From Marmoricola sp. (lineage in GTDB: Bacteria; Actinomycetota; Actinomycetes; Propionibacteriales; Nocardioidaceae): a stretch of DNA of 64,000 nt. Shown one piece after another: positions 27,740 to 35,830 of this stretch (within the stretch, counting starts at the first letter, position 1; every line of letters begins with the position of its first letter). Where the stretch lies: contig JBGAJX010000004.1 in assembly GCA_044224695.1 (NCBI GenBank), positions 24,588 to 88,587 of the forward strand. Reading direction: 5' to 3'. A program made the position numbers and the translations under genes. The notes below the pieces were generated by a model. That model saw nothing but the letters and a program-made list of their open reading frames with translations, was not told where the DNA came from and made no database searches.

Positions 27740-28675
27740 ATGTCCGCACTGCCCTTCGTCTCCGAGACCTTCGACCCCGAGGCGTGGCGGGAGGTCCCCG
27801 GCTTCGAGGACCTGACCGACCTGACCTACCACCGGGCCAAGGCTCACGGCACCGTCCGGATCGCCTTCGACCGGCCCGAGGTTCTCAACGCCTTCCGGCC
27901 CCACACCGTCGACGAGCTGCTCCGGGTCCTCGAGCACGCCCGCACCAGCAGCGACGTCGGCTGTGTGCTGCTCACCGGCAACGGCCCGGGCCAGAAGCAC
28001 GGAAAGTGGGCCTTCTGCACCGGCGGCGACCAGCGGATCCGCGGGCGCACGGGCTACCAGTACGAGGACGGCACCGGCAGCGACCGCGTCGACGCCCGGA
28101 CCCCGGCCGACAAGGCGCGGCTGGGGCGGCTGCACATCCTGGAGTGCCAGCGGCTGATCCGGTTCATGCCGAAGGTCGTCATCTGCGTCGTCCCCGGCTG
28201 GGCCGCCGGCGGTGGGCACTCCCTCCACGTCGTCTCCGACCTGACCCTGGCCAGCCGCGAGCACGCGCGCTTCAAGCAGACCGACGCCGACGTCGGCTCC
28301 TTCGACGGCGGGTTCGGGTCGGCCTACCTGGCCCGTCAGGTCGGGCAGAAGTTCGCCCGCGAGATCTTCTTCCTCGGCGACGAGTACACCGCCGAGGACG
28401 CCCACCGGATGGGCATGGTCAACAAGGTCGTCGACCACGCCGACCTCGAGGCCGAGGCCCTGGAGTGGGGGCGCAAGATCAACGGCAAGTCCCCGACCGC
28501 CCAGCGCATGCTCAAGTACTCCTTCAACCTCATCGACGACGGCCTGGTGGGTCAGCAGTTGTTCGCCGGCGAGACCACGCGGCTGGCGTACATGACCGAC
28601 GAGGCCGTGGAGGGGCGCGACCAGTTCCTCCAGAAGCGGGACCCGGACTGGTCGCCGTACCCCTGGTACTACTGA
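27740..28675 (+). CDS. menB: 1,4-dihydroxy-2-naphthoyl-CoA synthase
   Basis: Crotonase fold with the MenB-specific tail (CVVPGWAAGGGHSLHVVSDLTLAS, FKQTDADVGSFDGGFGSAYLAR, ...DWSPYPWYY). Start is ATG 27740. Confidence 0.93.
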   Translation: MSALPFVSETFDPEAWREVPGFEDLTDLTYHRAKAHGTVRIAFDRPEVLNAFRPHTVDELLRVLEHARTSSDVGCVLLTGNGPGQKHGKWAFCTGGDQRIRGRTGYQYEDGTGSDRVDARTPADKARLGRLHILECQRLIRFMPKVVICVVPGWAAGGGHSLHVVSDLTLASREHARFKQTDADVGSFDGGFGSAYLARQVGQKFAREIFFLGDEYTAEDAHRMGMVNKVVDHADLEAEALEWGRKINGKSPTAQRMLKYSFNLIDDGLVGQQLFAGETTRLAYMTDEAVEGRDQFLQKRDPDWSPYPWYY

Positions 28676-28986
28676 GGCGAGACGGACACGCGCTCCAGCA
28701 GGGAGCGGGCCCGGGCGCGACCCGTGGTCTCGCCCGGGCCGCCCGACGACGTACGGCTCCGCGAGGGGACACGTCCGTCCCGCGGGCCGATCGCCGGCTC
28801 TTCCTGCGGACGGGTCGCGAAGACCCGGACCGCTGGCACCCCCGTGCTGCCGGCCCACCCCGAGACCGGAACGGGAGACCCGACCCCGGGCCGCCCGACC
28901 CCCGATCCCCGGGTGTGTCGTCGCTGATGATGGTCGCGCAGAGGACCGACACTTCTGATCGAGGATCGGTGCGGGAGGATGTATCC

Positions 28987-29619
28987 ATGACAGACGTCAC
29001 CCACGAGCCCGGCGAACGGTGGCGGCGCGTCGCCGAGGCCGGTTCCGGGCCCGACTACGCCCAGGCCTACGCCGCCCGGTTCGACGAGCTGGCCGAGCAG
29101 GGGCAGGACGTCCACGGCGAGGCCGCGTTCGTCTCCGCGCTCGTCCCGGGCGGTGCGGTGCTTGACGCCGGCTGCGGTACCGGCCGGGTCGCGGCCCGGT
29201 TGGACGCCCTGGGCCACGAGGTGATGGGCGTCGACGTCGACGCCGCGATGATCGCGGTCGCTCGAGAGCGACGCCCCGACCTGACCTGGGCCGTCTCGGA
29301 CCTCGCCCTTCTCGACCTCGGGCGCACCTTCGACGCGGTGGTGCTGGCGGGCAACGTGATCCCGTTCCTGGAGTCCGAGGACCTGCTCCCGGCGGTGGCC
29401 GCCGTCGCCGACCACCTCCGCGCCGGCGGCCTGGTGGTCGCCGGCTTCGGGCTGGACGCCGACCACCTGCCCAGCGGTGCCCGCGAGGTCGCCCTCGCGA
29501 CGTACGACGAGGCGTGCGCGACCGCCGGCCTGGTGCTGGTCGGGCGCTGGGGTGGCTGGCAGCGGGAGGAGTACGTCGCCCGCAAGGGATACGCGGTCTC
29601 GGTGCACCGGCTGCCCTGA
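28987..29619 (+). CDS. Class I SAM-dependent methyltransferase
   Basis: Motif I VLDAGCGTGRVA. ATG 28987 is preceded by gggagga. The track ORF (27784..) is an out-of-frame read-through of menB. Confidence 0.82.
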   Translation: MTDVTHEPGERWRRVAEAGSGPDYAQAYAARFDELAEQGQDVHGEAAFVSALVPGGAVLDAGCGTGRVAARLDALGHEVMGVDVDAAMIAVARERRPDLTWAVSDLALLDLGRTFDAVVLAGNVIPFLESEDLLPAVAAVADHLRAGGLVVAGFGLDADHLPSGAREVALATYDEACATAGLVLVGRWGGWQREEYVARKGYAVSVHRLP

Positions 29620-29668
29620 CTCCCCCGCGGGGCTTGTGTTCGGCGCCGGCACGGCGTTGGCTCGAGGG

Positions 29669-30382
29669 ATGACCGACTGGGACTTCTCCGACCTCACCGC
29701 CACGTTCGTCAACTGCACGCTCAAGCGTTCCCCGGAGCCGAGCCACACCCAGGGTCTCGTCGACGTCAGCGCAGCGATCATGCGCAAGCACGGCGTGGAC
29801 GTGCAGACGATCCGGGCGATCGACCACCCGATCGCGTCCGGGGTCTACCCCGACATGCGCGAGCACGGGTGGGCCGAGGACGCCTGGGTCGACCTGGCGC
29901 CGCGGATCCTGGCCAGCGACATCCTGGTGCTCGCCGGGCCGATCTGGCTCGGGGACAACTCCAGCCAGATGAAGGTCGTCATCGAGCGGCTCTACTCGCT
30001 CTCCGGCGAGCTCAACGACAAGGGGCAGTACCTCTTCTACGGCCGCGTCGGAGGCTGCCTGATCACCGGCAACGAGGACGGCATCAAGCACTGCGCCATG
30101 AACATCCTCTACAGCCTCCAGCACATCGGCTACACGATCCCGCCCAACGCCGACGCCGGCTGGATCGGTGAGGCGGGCCCGGGGCCGTCGTACCTCGACC
30201 CCGGCAGCGGCGGACCGGAGAACGACTTCACCAACCGCAACACGACCTTCATGACCTGGAACCTCATGCACCTGGCCCGGATGCTGCGCCGGTCCGGCGG
30301 GGTGCCCGGGTTCGGCAACCAGCGTTCGGAGTGGAACGCCGGTGCGCGGTTCGACTTCGAGAACCCGGAGTACCGCAGCTGA
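29669..30382 (+). CDS. Flavodoxin-like fold NAD(P)H-dependent FMN reductase family protein
   Basis: 237 aa from ATG 29669. FVNCTLKRSP..., ILVLAGPIWLGDNSS and GCLITGNEDG are typical of NADPH-dependent FMN reductase or multimeric flavodoxin proteins. Confidence 0.72.
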   Translation: MTDWDFSDLTATFVNCTLKRSPEPSHTQGLVDVSAAIMRKHGVDVQTIRAIDHPIASGVYPDMREHGWAEDAWVDLAPRILASDILVLAGPIWLGDNSSQMKVVIERLYSLSGELNDKGQYLFYGRVGGCLITGNEDGIKHCAMNILYSLQHIGYTIPPNADAGWIGEAGPGPSYLDPGSGGPENDFTNRNTTFMTWNLMHLARMLRRSGGVPGFGNQRSEWNAGARFDFENPEYRS

Positions 30383-30396
30383 GCGGCCCGTCGCGC

Positions 30397-30732
30397 CTAG
30401 GGCTTCTGCTCCAGCGGCTCGTCGTCGACCTTGATGTCGAACGTCGCGTCGGAGCCGTCGACCGCGGTCACCGTGACCGTCACGCCGAACTGCACGTCGC
30501 CGGCGGTCAGGGTGCAGCGGGTGGTCGCGTCGACCTCGGCGTCGAGATCCTCGGGGCACTCCACGGCGTCAGGCTCCTGGCCGACCGTCTCGGTGAGCTG
30601 ACGGGACACGGTGTCGGCCAGCTCGTCAGCGTCGATGCTGCCGGTGCCGACGCTGACGGAGCCGGAGCACCCGGCGAGGAGGAGGACGGTCGCCGCGACC
30701 GAGGCGCAGCAGGTGGAACGCGTGAGGCTCAT
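30397..30732 (-). CDS. Small lipoprotein, DUF4333-like
   Basis: 111 aa with a signal peptide and lipobox (VLLLAGC), then an acidic beta-rich domain with paired Cys (VECPEDL...TRCTL). Confidence 0.72.
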   Translation of the reverse strand: MSLTRSTCCASVAATVLLLAGCSGSVSVGTGSIDADELADTVSRQLTETVGQEPDAVECPEDLDAEVDATTRCTLTAGDVQFGVTVTVTAVDGSDATFDIKVDDEPLEQKP

Positions 30733-30862
30733 GGAATCTCCTGGGATGAGGGCGTTCCGAAGTCTGTCGGTCCGACGGGGTCGCAGTCCCGGGATTCGGC
30801 CGGAGTCGTCGCCTCCTCTTTGGTGACTTAACGGACCTTCGGCGCATGAGGTTCGTCGCGAT

Positions 30863-32083
30863 GTGGAAGTTCGGGTGAACGTGGCTTACGTTTCGCCGGT
30901 GAAGGTGGCGGTGGCCGAGGAGCTCACCCCGGGGGAGGCGCGGGTCGCCGTGGTCCCGGGGCTGGTGCGACGCCTCGCCGCCCAGGGGTACGACGTGTGG
31001 GTGGAGCCGGGCGCGGGGGCGCGCGCCGGGCACACCGACGAGGAGTACCAGGCCCACGGGTCGACCGTGTCGGCCGCGGCGCTGGACGGTGCCGACGTGG
31101 TGCTCTCGGTGCGCCCCCTCGACGCCCAGACGCTGCGCCAGTTGCGCCCCGGAACCACCCTGGTGTCGCTGCTGCCGGCGGGCCCGATCGACGACTACGT
31201 CCTCGACGTCCGCGACTACGGCCACACCGCGTACGCGCTGGATCTGGTGCCCCGCACCAGCCGCGCGCAGTCGATGGACGTGCTCACCTCGCAGGCGATG
31301 GTGTGCGGCTACCGCGCCGCGGTGGTCGGGGCCGGACTGCTCAAGCAGTTCCTGCCGGGCGCGCACACGGCCTTCGGGGAGGTACCCCCGGCGTCGGCCC
31401 TGGTGCTCGGCGCGGGCGTCGCCGGGCTGGAGGCGATGGCGACGCTGCGGCGGTTCGGTGCCCGGGTGCGCGGGTACGACGTACGGCCTTCCTCGGCGGA
31501 GGAGATCGCGTCCGTGGGCGCCGAGTACGTCGACCTCGGGCTGCCGCCGCTGGCCGGCGAGGCCGGCTACGCCCGGGTGCTGCCGCCGGACCGGGCGCTG
31601 CTCCAGCGCGAACTGCTGGCCCCGCACGTCGCGGCCGCGGACCTGCTGGTGACCACGGCCGCGGTGCCCGGGCACCCCGCGCCGCTTCTGGTGACTCGCG
31701 CGATGGTGGGGCGGATGCGACCGGGGTCGGTCGTGGTGGACCTCGCCGCCGAGAGCGGCGGCAACGTCGAGGGCGTGGTCGCCGGGCAGGTCGTGCCGAT
31801 CGCCGGTGCCAAGGTGTGGGGCGGGCGCGACGTCGCCTCCCAACTCCCCGGGCCGGCGTCGCGGATGTATGCCCACAACGCCGTCAGTCTCATCGAGCAC
31901 CTGGCCGCGGCCGGCGTCGAGGACGACATCGTGGTCGCCTGCTGCCTGGCCCGGGAGGGCGTGGTCGTCCACCCCGCCTGCCTCGACGCCCTCGGGGGCG
32001 CCGCCGGGCTGCCGGTGGTGGAACTGGACGAGATCGTGGAGTTCGACGAGTCGACGTCGTTCTCCTGGCCGGAGGAGAAATGA
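30863..32083 (+). CDS. Transhydrogenase dI-like / alanine-dehydrogenase-fold protein (PntA paralogue without membrane segment)
   Basis: 406 aa with PGEARVAVVPGLVRRL, TSRAQSMDVLTSQA, the NAD fold VLGAGVAGLEA and VVVDLAAESGGNVE, colinear with the dI part of the canonical PntA at 51910. No hydrophobic C-terminal helices. The start is uncertain (GTG 30863, or GTG 30899 = VKVAVAEE). Confidence 0.8.
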   Translation: MEVRVNVAYVSPVKVAVAEELTPGEARVAVVPGLVRRLAAQGYDVWVEPGAGARAGHTDEEYQAHGSTVSAAALDGADVVLSVRPLDAQTLRQLRPGTTLVSLLPAGPIDDYVLDVRDYGHTAYALDLVPRTSRAQSMDVLTSQAMVCGYRAAVVGAGLLKQFLPGAHTAFGEVPPASALVLGAGVAGLEAMATLRRFGARVRGYDVRPSSAEEIASVGAEYVDLGLPPLAGEAGYARVLPPDRALLQRELLAPHVAAADLLVTTAAVPGHPAPLLVTRAMVGRMRPGSVVVDLAAESGGNVEGVVAGQVVPIAGAKVWGGRDVASQLPGPASRMYAHNAVSLIEHLAAAGVEDDIVVACCLAREGVVVHPACLDALGGAAGLPVVELDEIVEFDESTSFSWPEEK

Positions 32084-33069
32084 TGACAACCGTGGTGGCC
32101 GGGCTCGCGCTGGTGGCGGGTGCCCTGGGCGGAGCCTGGCTCAGCCGCACCGAGCCGCGCCTCGAGCGTGTCGGGGCGGCGGCGATCGGGGTGGCCGTCA
32201 CTGTGGCGTGCCTGCTGCGCGTGCGTGAGTTGCGCCAGAGCGCGGAGATCCTCGACGGGATCGGGGCGGTCTCGCCGTTCGGGTGGTCCACGTACCTGCC
32301 GCTGGTGATCGCCGCCGCGGTCGGGGCGGGCCTGGTGTGGCTCGTGGTGCGGCAGCGGCCGGGGGTGCCCACGGCGGGCTCCGCGGCTGCGCCCACGACG
32401 CCCGACGAGGCCTCGGCGGACGAGCCTGCCACCCCCGCACCGAAGGCGGCGCCGGTCGCCGCGCCGGCCGTCCCGGAGCAGCCTCCGGCTCCCGCGTTCG
32501 TCCCGGCGCAGCGCTCCCCGGGGTCACTCCGGGCTCGCGGCGCCGGCCCCCTGGAGGAGGCCACGACCGCGCTGCGGTCGGCCCGACGCGTGCTCGTCGT
32601 CCCCGGGTACGGCGTGGCCGCCGGCCAGGCGCAGCATGCCCTGCTCGCGCTCGACACCATCCTGCGCACCCGCGACGTCACCGTGGAGTACGCCGTGCAT
32701 CCGGTCGCCGGCCGGGTCCCCGGTCACCTCGACGCCACCCTGGCGGAGGTCCCGTCGGAGCGGCTCCTGGGCGTCGCCGAGGCAAACCGGGTGGTCGCCC
32801 GCGCCGACGTCGTGCTGGTGGTCGGCGCCAACGACGTCGTGAACCCCGACGCGGTCCAGGCTCCGGTGGAGATCTCCGGAGCGAAGCGTCTCCTGGTACT
32901 CGACCGTGCCGGTGGCGTCGGCCACGCCGGCGTGCCCAACCGACTGTTGGACCGCCTGAGCGCGGTGCGGGTGACCGGTGAGCCTCGGGTCACACTGGCC
33001 GTGCTCGCCGGACAGATCGGCGCACCGGCCCCGGCTCGTCCCGGGGCGACGGTGCGCACCCAGGGCTGA
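32080..33069 (+). CDS. Transhydrogenase dIII-like NADP(H)-domain protein on a short (about 3-TM) anchor with a Pro/Ala-rich linker
   Basis: 329 aa, with a 4-nt ATGA overlap with the upstream gene. The C-terminal 170 aa align by eye with PntB dIII: VVPGYGVAAGQAQ vs [22 protein letters not shown] vs [22 protein letters not shown] vs [12 protein letters not shown]. The roughly 290-aa polytopic dII region of PntB is missing. Confidence 0.75.
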   Translation: MMTTVVAGLALVAGALGGAWLSRTEPRLERVGAAAIGVAVTVACLLRVRELRQSAEILDGIGAVSPFGWSTYLPLVIAAAVGAGLVWLVVRQRPGVPTAGSAAAPTTPDEASADEPATPAPKAAPVAAPAVPEQPPAPAFVPAQRSPGSLRARGAGPLEEATTALRSARRVLVVPGYGVAAGQAQHALLALDTILRTRDVTVEYAVHPVAGRVPGHLDATLAEVPSERLLGVAEANRVVARADVVLVVGANDVVNPDAVQAPVEISGAKRLLVLDRAGGVGHAGVPNRLLDRLSAVRVTGEPRVTLAVLAGQIGAPAPARPGATVRTQG

Positions 33070-33102
33070 CGCGCTGCGGGACCCCGCTACTGGCTGCGGG
33101 AC

Positions 33103-33744
33103 CTACTGGGCCAGGCCGTAGAGCCGGTCGCCCGCGTCACCCAGCCCGGGCACGATGTAGCCCTTGTGGTTCAGTTTTTCGTCCATCGCCGCTGTCACGA
33201 GCGTGACCGGCACGGTGAGACCGGTGAGCTCATCCTCCATGCGGGCGCAGCCCTCGGGGGCGGAGAGCAGCGTGATCGCGGTGATGTCGTCCGCGCCCCG
33301 GTCCACCAGGAAGTGAACCGCGGCCGCCAGGGTGCCACCGGTGGCCAGCATCGGGTCCAGCACGTAGCACTGGCGGCCGGACAGGTCCTCGGGCAGCCGC
33401 TCGGCGTACGTCATCGCCTCGAGGGTCTCCTCGTTGCGTGCCATCCCGAGGAAGCCCACCTCCGCGGTCGGCATCAGCCGCAGCATGCCCTCGAGCATGC
33501 CCAGCCCGGCGCGCAGGATCGGCACCACCAGCGGGCGCGGGAACGCCAGGTGCACGCCGGTCGCGGGCGCGACCGGGGTCTGCACGGTGACCTGGTCGAC
33601 CCGGACGTCGCGGGTGGCCTCGTAGGCCAGCAACGTCACCAGTTCGTCGACGAGGCGACGGAACGTGGGGGAGTCGGTGCGCTCGTCACGCAACGTGGTC
33701 AGCTTGTGGGACACCAGGGGATGGTCGATCACGTGCACGCGCAT
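33103..33744 (-). CDS. upp: Uracil phosphoribosyltransferase
   Basis: 213 aa with [13 protein letters not shown], the PRPP motif [12 protein letters not shown] and a [12 protein letters not shown] tail. Confidence 0.95.
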   Translation of the reverse strand: MRVHVIDHPLVSHKLTTLRDERTDSPTFRRLVDELVTLLAYEATRDVRVDQVTVQTPVAPATGVHLAFPRPLVVPILRAGLGMLEGMLRLMPTAEVGFLGMARNEETLEAMTYAERLPEDLSGRQCYVLDPMLATGGTLAAAVHFLVDRGADDITAITLLSAPEGCARMEDELTGLTVPVTLVTAAMDEKLNHKGYIVPGLGDAGDRLYGLAQ

Positions 33745-33881
33745 GGCAGCACGGTAACGAATGATCGAACTCCTGCCCTCCTCAGGCCTGGGGACCCGGA
33801 CGACCCTGGTCTCGTGCCGGGTGCTCTGTCATCCTCGACTCAGGTCGTGTGGTGGCGGCCTCGACCAGGAGGTCCGTCGGT

Positions 33882-34370
33882 ATGGGTGCGCAGAGCCTCG
33901 AGGTGATCGACGTCGCGTTGTGCGTCTATCGCGAGGAGAACCAGTGGCGGGTCGAGGAGATCGCCGACCACCACCTGGCCGACCTGGACACCCTGGCCGA
34001 GGAACTGCGGCGGTGGCCCGGCGACTTCGGATCGCTCGGATTGGTCTCGATCGACGAGGACTTCTTCGTGCTGGTGCGGGTGGCCGGTGAGCGCACTCGA
34101 GTCTTGCTCTCCGACGTGACCGCGGCGACCGAGTGGCCCCTGGCCCGGTCGGTGCTCGAGGAGCTCGACCTGCCGATGCCCGACGACGAGGACGAGCAGG
34201 TGCCCGCCGGCGACATCACGATCATGGAGGACCTCGGCATCCCGGCCCTCGACCTGGCGGTCCTGCTCGACGACGAGGACCTCTACCCCGACGAGGTCCT
34301 CGGCGACCTGGCGCACCGGGTGGGGTTCGGCGCGTTGTACGACGACATCGTGGGTGTGCCGGCCACGTGA
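33882..34370 (+). CDS. tRNA adenosine deaminase-associated protein (conserved actinobacterial acidic protein)
   Basis: ATG 33882 lies behind aggagg. 162 aa, acidic, immediately upstream of tadA and overlapping it (GTGA). The family name is recalled from annotation practice, not verified. Confidence 0.65.
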   Translation: MGAQSLEVIDVALCVYREENQWRVEEIADHHLADLDTLAEELRRWPGDFGSLGLVSIDEDFFVLVRVAGERTRVLLSDVTAATEWPLARSVLEELDLPMPDDEDEQVPAGDITIMEDLGIPALDLAVLLDDEDLYPDEVLGDLAHRVGFGALYDDIVGVPAT

Positions 34371-34864
34371 GCGACCTCGACCCCTGGGCCGAGCCGATGG
34401 GCTGGGCCCTCGACGAAGCGCGCGCGGCGCTGACCACCGAGGACGTGCCGGTCGGCGCCGTCGTCATCGACGCCGACGGCGCGGTGGTCGCCCGTGGACG
34501 CAACCGGCGCGAGGCCGACCAGGACCCCACCGCCCACGCCGAGGTGGTGGCTCTGCGCGAGGCGAGCCGGGTCCGCGGCTCCTGGCGGCTGGACGGCTGC
34601 ACGTTGGTGGTCACCCTGGAGCCGTGCACCATGTGCGCCGGTGCCTCGGTGCTCGCCCGGGTGGACCGGGTCGTCTTCGGCGCCACCGACCCCAAGGCGG
34701 GTGCAGCCGGCTCCCTCTACGACGTCGTTCGCGACCCCCGGCTCAACCACCGCCCCGACCTGGTCGGCGGCGTCCGGGCCGAGGAGGCGGGTGACCTGCT
34801 GCGCGCGTTCTTCCGAGCCCGGCGTACGGCGCGCACCGATTTCCCGGCCTCGAAGCCTCTCTAG
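34367..34864 (+). CDS. tadA: tRNA-specific adenosine deaminase
   Basis: CDA zinc motifs HAEVVALREA and LEPCTMCAGA. 165 aa from GTG 34367. Confidence 0.92.
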   Translation: MSDLDPWAEPMGWALDEARAALTTEDVPVGAVVIDADGAVVARGRNRREADQDPTAHAEVVALREASRVRGSWRLDGCTLVVTLEPCTMCAGASVLARVDRVVFGATDPKAGAAGSLYDVVRDPRLNHRPDLVGGVRAEEAGDLLRAFFRARRTARTDFPASKPL

Positions 34865-34877
34865 TACCCTTGCCCGC

Positions 34878-34967
34878 GGTGGCGTGTCCGAGCGGCCTAA
34901 GGAGAACGCCTCGAAAGCGTTTGTGGGTGAAAGTCCACCGAGGGTTCAAATCCCTCCGCCACCGCCA
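34878..34967 (+). tRNA. tRNA-Ser (anticodon CGA)
   Basis: Cloverleaf folded by hand: acceptor GGTGGCG/CGCCACC, anticodon stem AACGC/GCGTT with loop CT-CGA-AA, long variable arm, T arm GAGGG-TTCAAAT-CCCTC, discriminator G and encoded CCA. Confidence 0.92.
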
Positions 34968-34973
34968 GCCAGC

Positions 34974-35012
34974 AGCCCCGCCCGGAGTCACTCCGGGCGG
35001 GGCTTCTTCGTT
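34974..35012 (+). terminator. Rho-independent terminator after tRNA-Ser
   Basis: Perfect 14-bp stem AGCCCCGCCCGGAG / CTCCGGGCGGGGCT with a 3-nt loop, followed by TCTTCGTT. Confidence 0.8.
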
Positions 35013-35016
35013 CAGG

Positions 35017-35094
35017 GGCCAGATGAACTGGCACAACTGCCCTGCCCAGCCCCTCAGAGCGCTTCCATGGGTCGTTGTGCCAGTTGAACTGGCC
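35017..35094. repeat. 78-bp element bounded by 21-bp imperfect inverted repeats (19/21)
   Basis: GGCCAGATGAACTGGCACAAC (35017-35037) and GTTGTGCCAGTTGAACTGGCC (35074-35094). It starts 5 nt after the tRNA terminator and ends at the base before the SGNH hydrolase stop codon. Confidence 0.75.
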
Positions 35095-35805
35095 CTACCG
35101 CAGGCTGTAGGCAGCCCGCACGACGGGCTCGAAGGCGTCGGCGATCGCGGCGTACCCGGCGTCGTTGGGGTGGAAGCGGTCCGCGGCCAAGAGGCCGCGC
35201 CACGAGGTCGGGCCGGTGGTGCGCAGGTCGACCACGTGCACCGCGCCGCCGGCGGCTGCGCGGTCGATGTGTGCGTTGGCCTCCGCCGCCGCACCGCGGG
35301 GCTGCGGCAGGGTCGCGACGACGGAGCGCTCGGGAAGCAGTCCCAACAGTTCGGCGAACGCCTCCGGCAGCCGCTCGCGGTGCAGCTTGCCCGCGAAGAG
35401 GTCGTTGGATCCGATCAGCACGGTGACCAGGTCCGGTCCCTCGGTCGGGGCGGGCAGGGAGCGGTACGCCGGCACCTGCTGTGCGAGCACGTCGGGCACC
35501 CGAGCACCGGTGGCCGACAGGTTGATGATGATCGGCGCGCCCGGCCCGAGCCGGTCGTGCACCTGGTTGACCCAACCCGCGTCGTACGCCGAGGCGCCGA
35601 TCCCCTGGGACATCGAGTCGCCGAGCACGATCCAGCGGCGGCCCGGGCGGCTCAGCGCCGCGCGGTTGTGCGCGGCCCACGCCTCGGCGTACGGGACGAC
35701 CTGGCGTTGCACCGACCGGATCCCGGGCAGGAAGACCCCGGCCACGCGCAGGAACCGTCCGGGCCCACGGCCGGTGCGGTTGTCGTAGGTGAAGTCGACG
35801 CTCAT
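35095..35805 (-). CDS. SGNH/GDSL hydrolase family protein
   Basis: Start at ATG 35805. Block I VLGDSMSQG, block III GSNDL and block V DRFHPND. Confidence 0.85.
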   Translation of the reverse strand: MSVDFTYDNRTGRGPGRFLRVAGVFLPGIRSVQRQVVPYAEAWAAHNRAALSRPGRRWIVLGDSMSQGIGASAYDAGWVNQVHDRLGPGAPIIINLSATGARVPDVLAQQVPAYRSLPAPTEGPDLVTVLIGSNDLFAGKLHRERLPEAFAELLGLLPERSVVATLPQPRGAAAEANAHIDRAAAGGAVHVVDLRTTGPTSWRGLLAADRFHPNDAGYAAIADAFEPVVRAAYSLR

Positions 35806-35830
35806 CGTCGGCCAGGATAGGAGGGCGCCC

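Noticed and set aside
28840-28900. C-rich loops (CACCCCCG, CCCACCCCGAG) reminiscent of the actinobacterial 6C RNA
   Set aside because: The stems are only 4 bp and I cannot reproduce the two-hairpin 6C architecture. C-rich runs are expected by chance at this GC content. I left it as part of the generic long-intergenic finding.
27784-28986. 611-aa ORF 27784..29619 as a single gene
   Set aside because: The first 400 codons are an out-of-frame read-through of menB plus the intergenic region (Arg/Pro/Gly-rich). Only the last 210 codons show methyltransferase motifs, and these have their own RBS and ATG at 28987.
30997-32079. 690-aa ORF 30997..33069 as a single gene
   Set aside because: Its first 361 codons run out of frame through the dI-like gene (Arg/Gly/Pro-rich). 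The real product starts at ATG 32080, overlapping the upstream stop.
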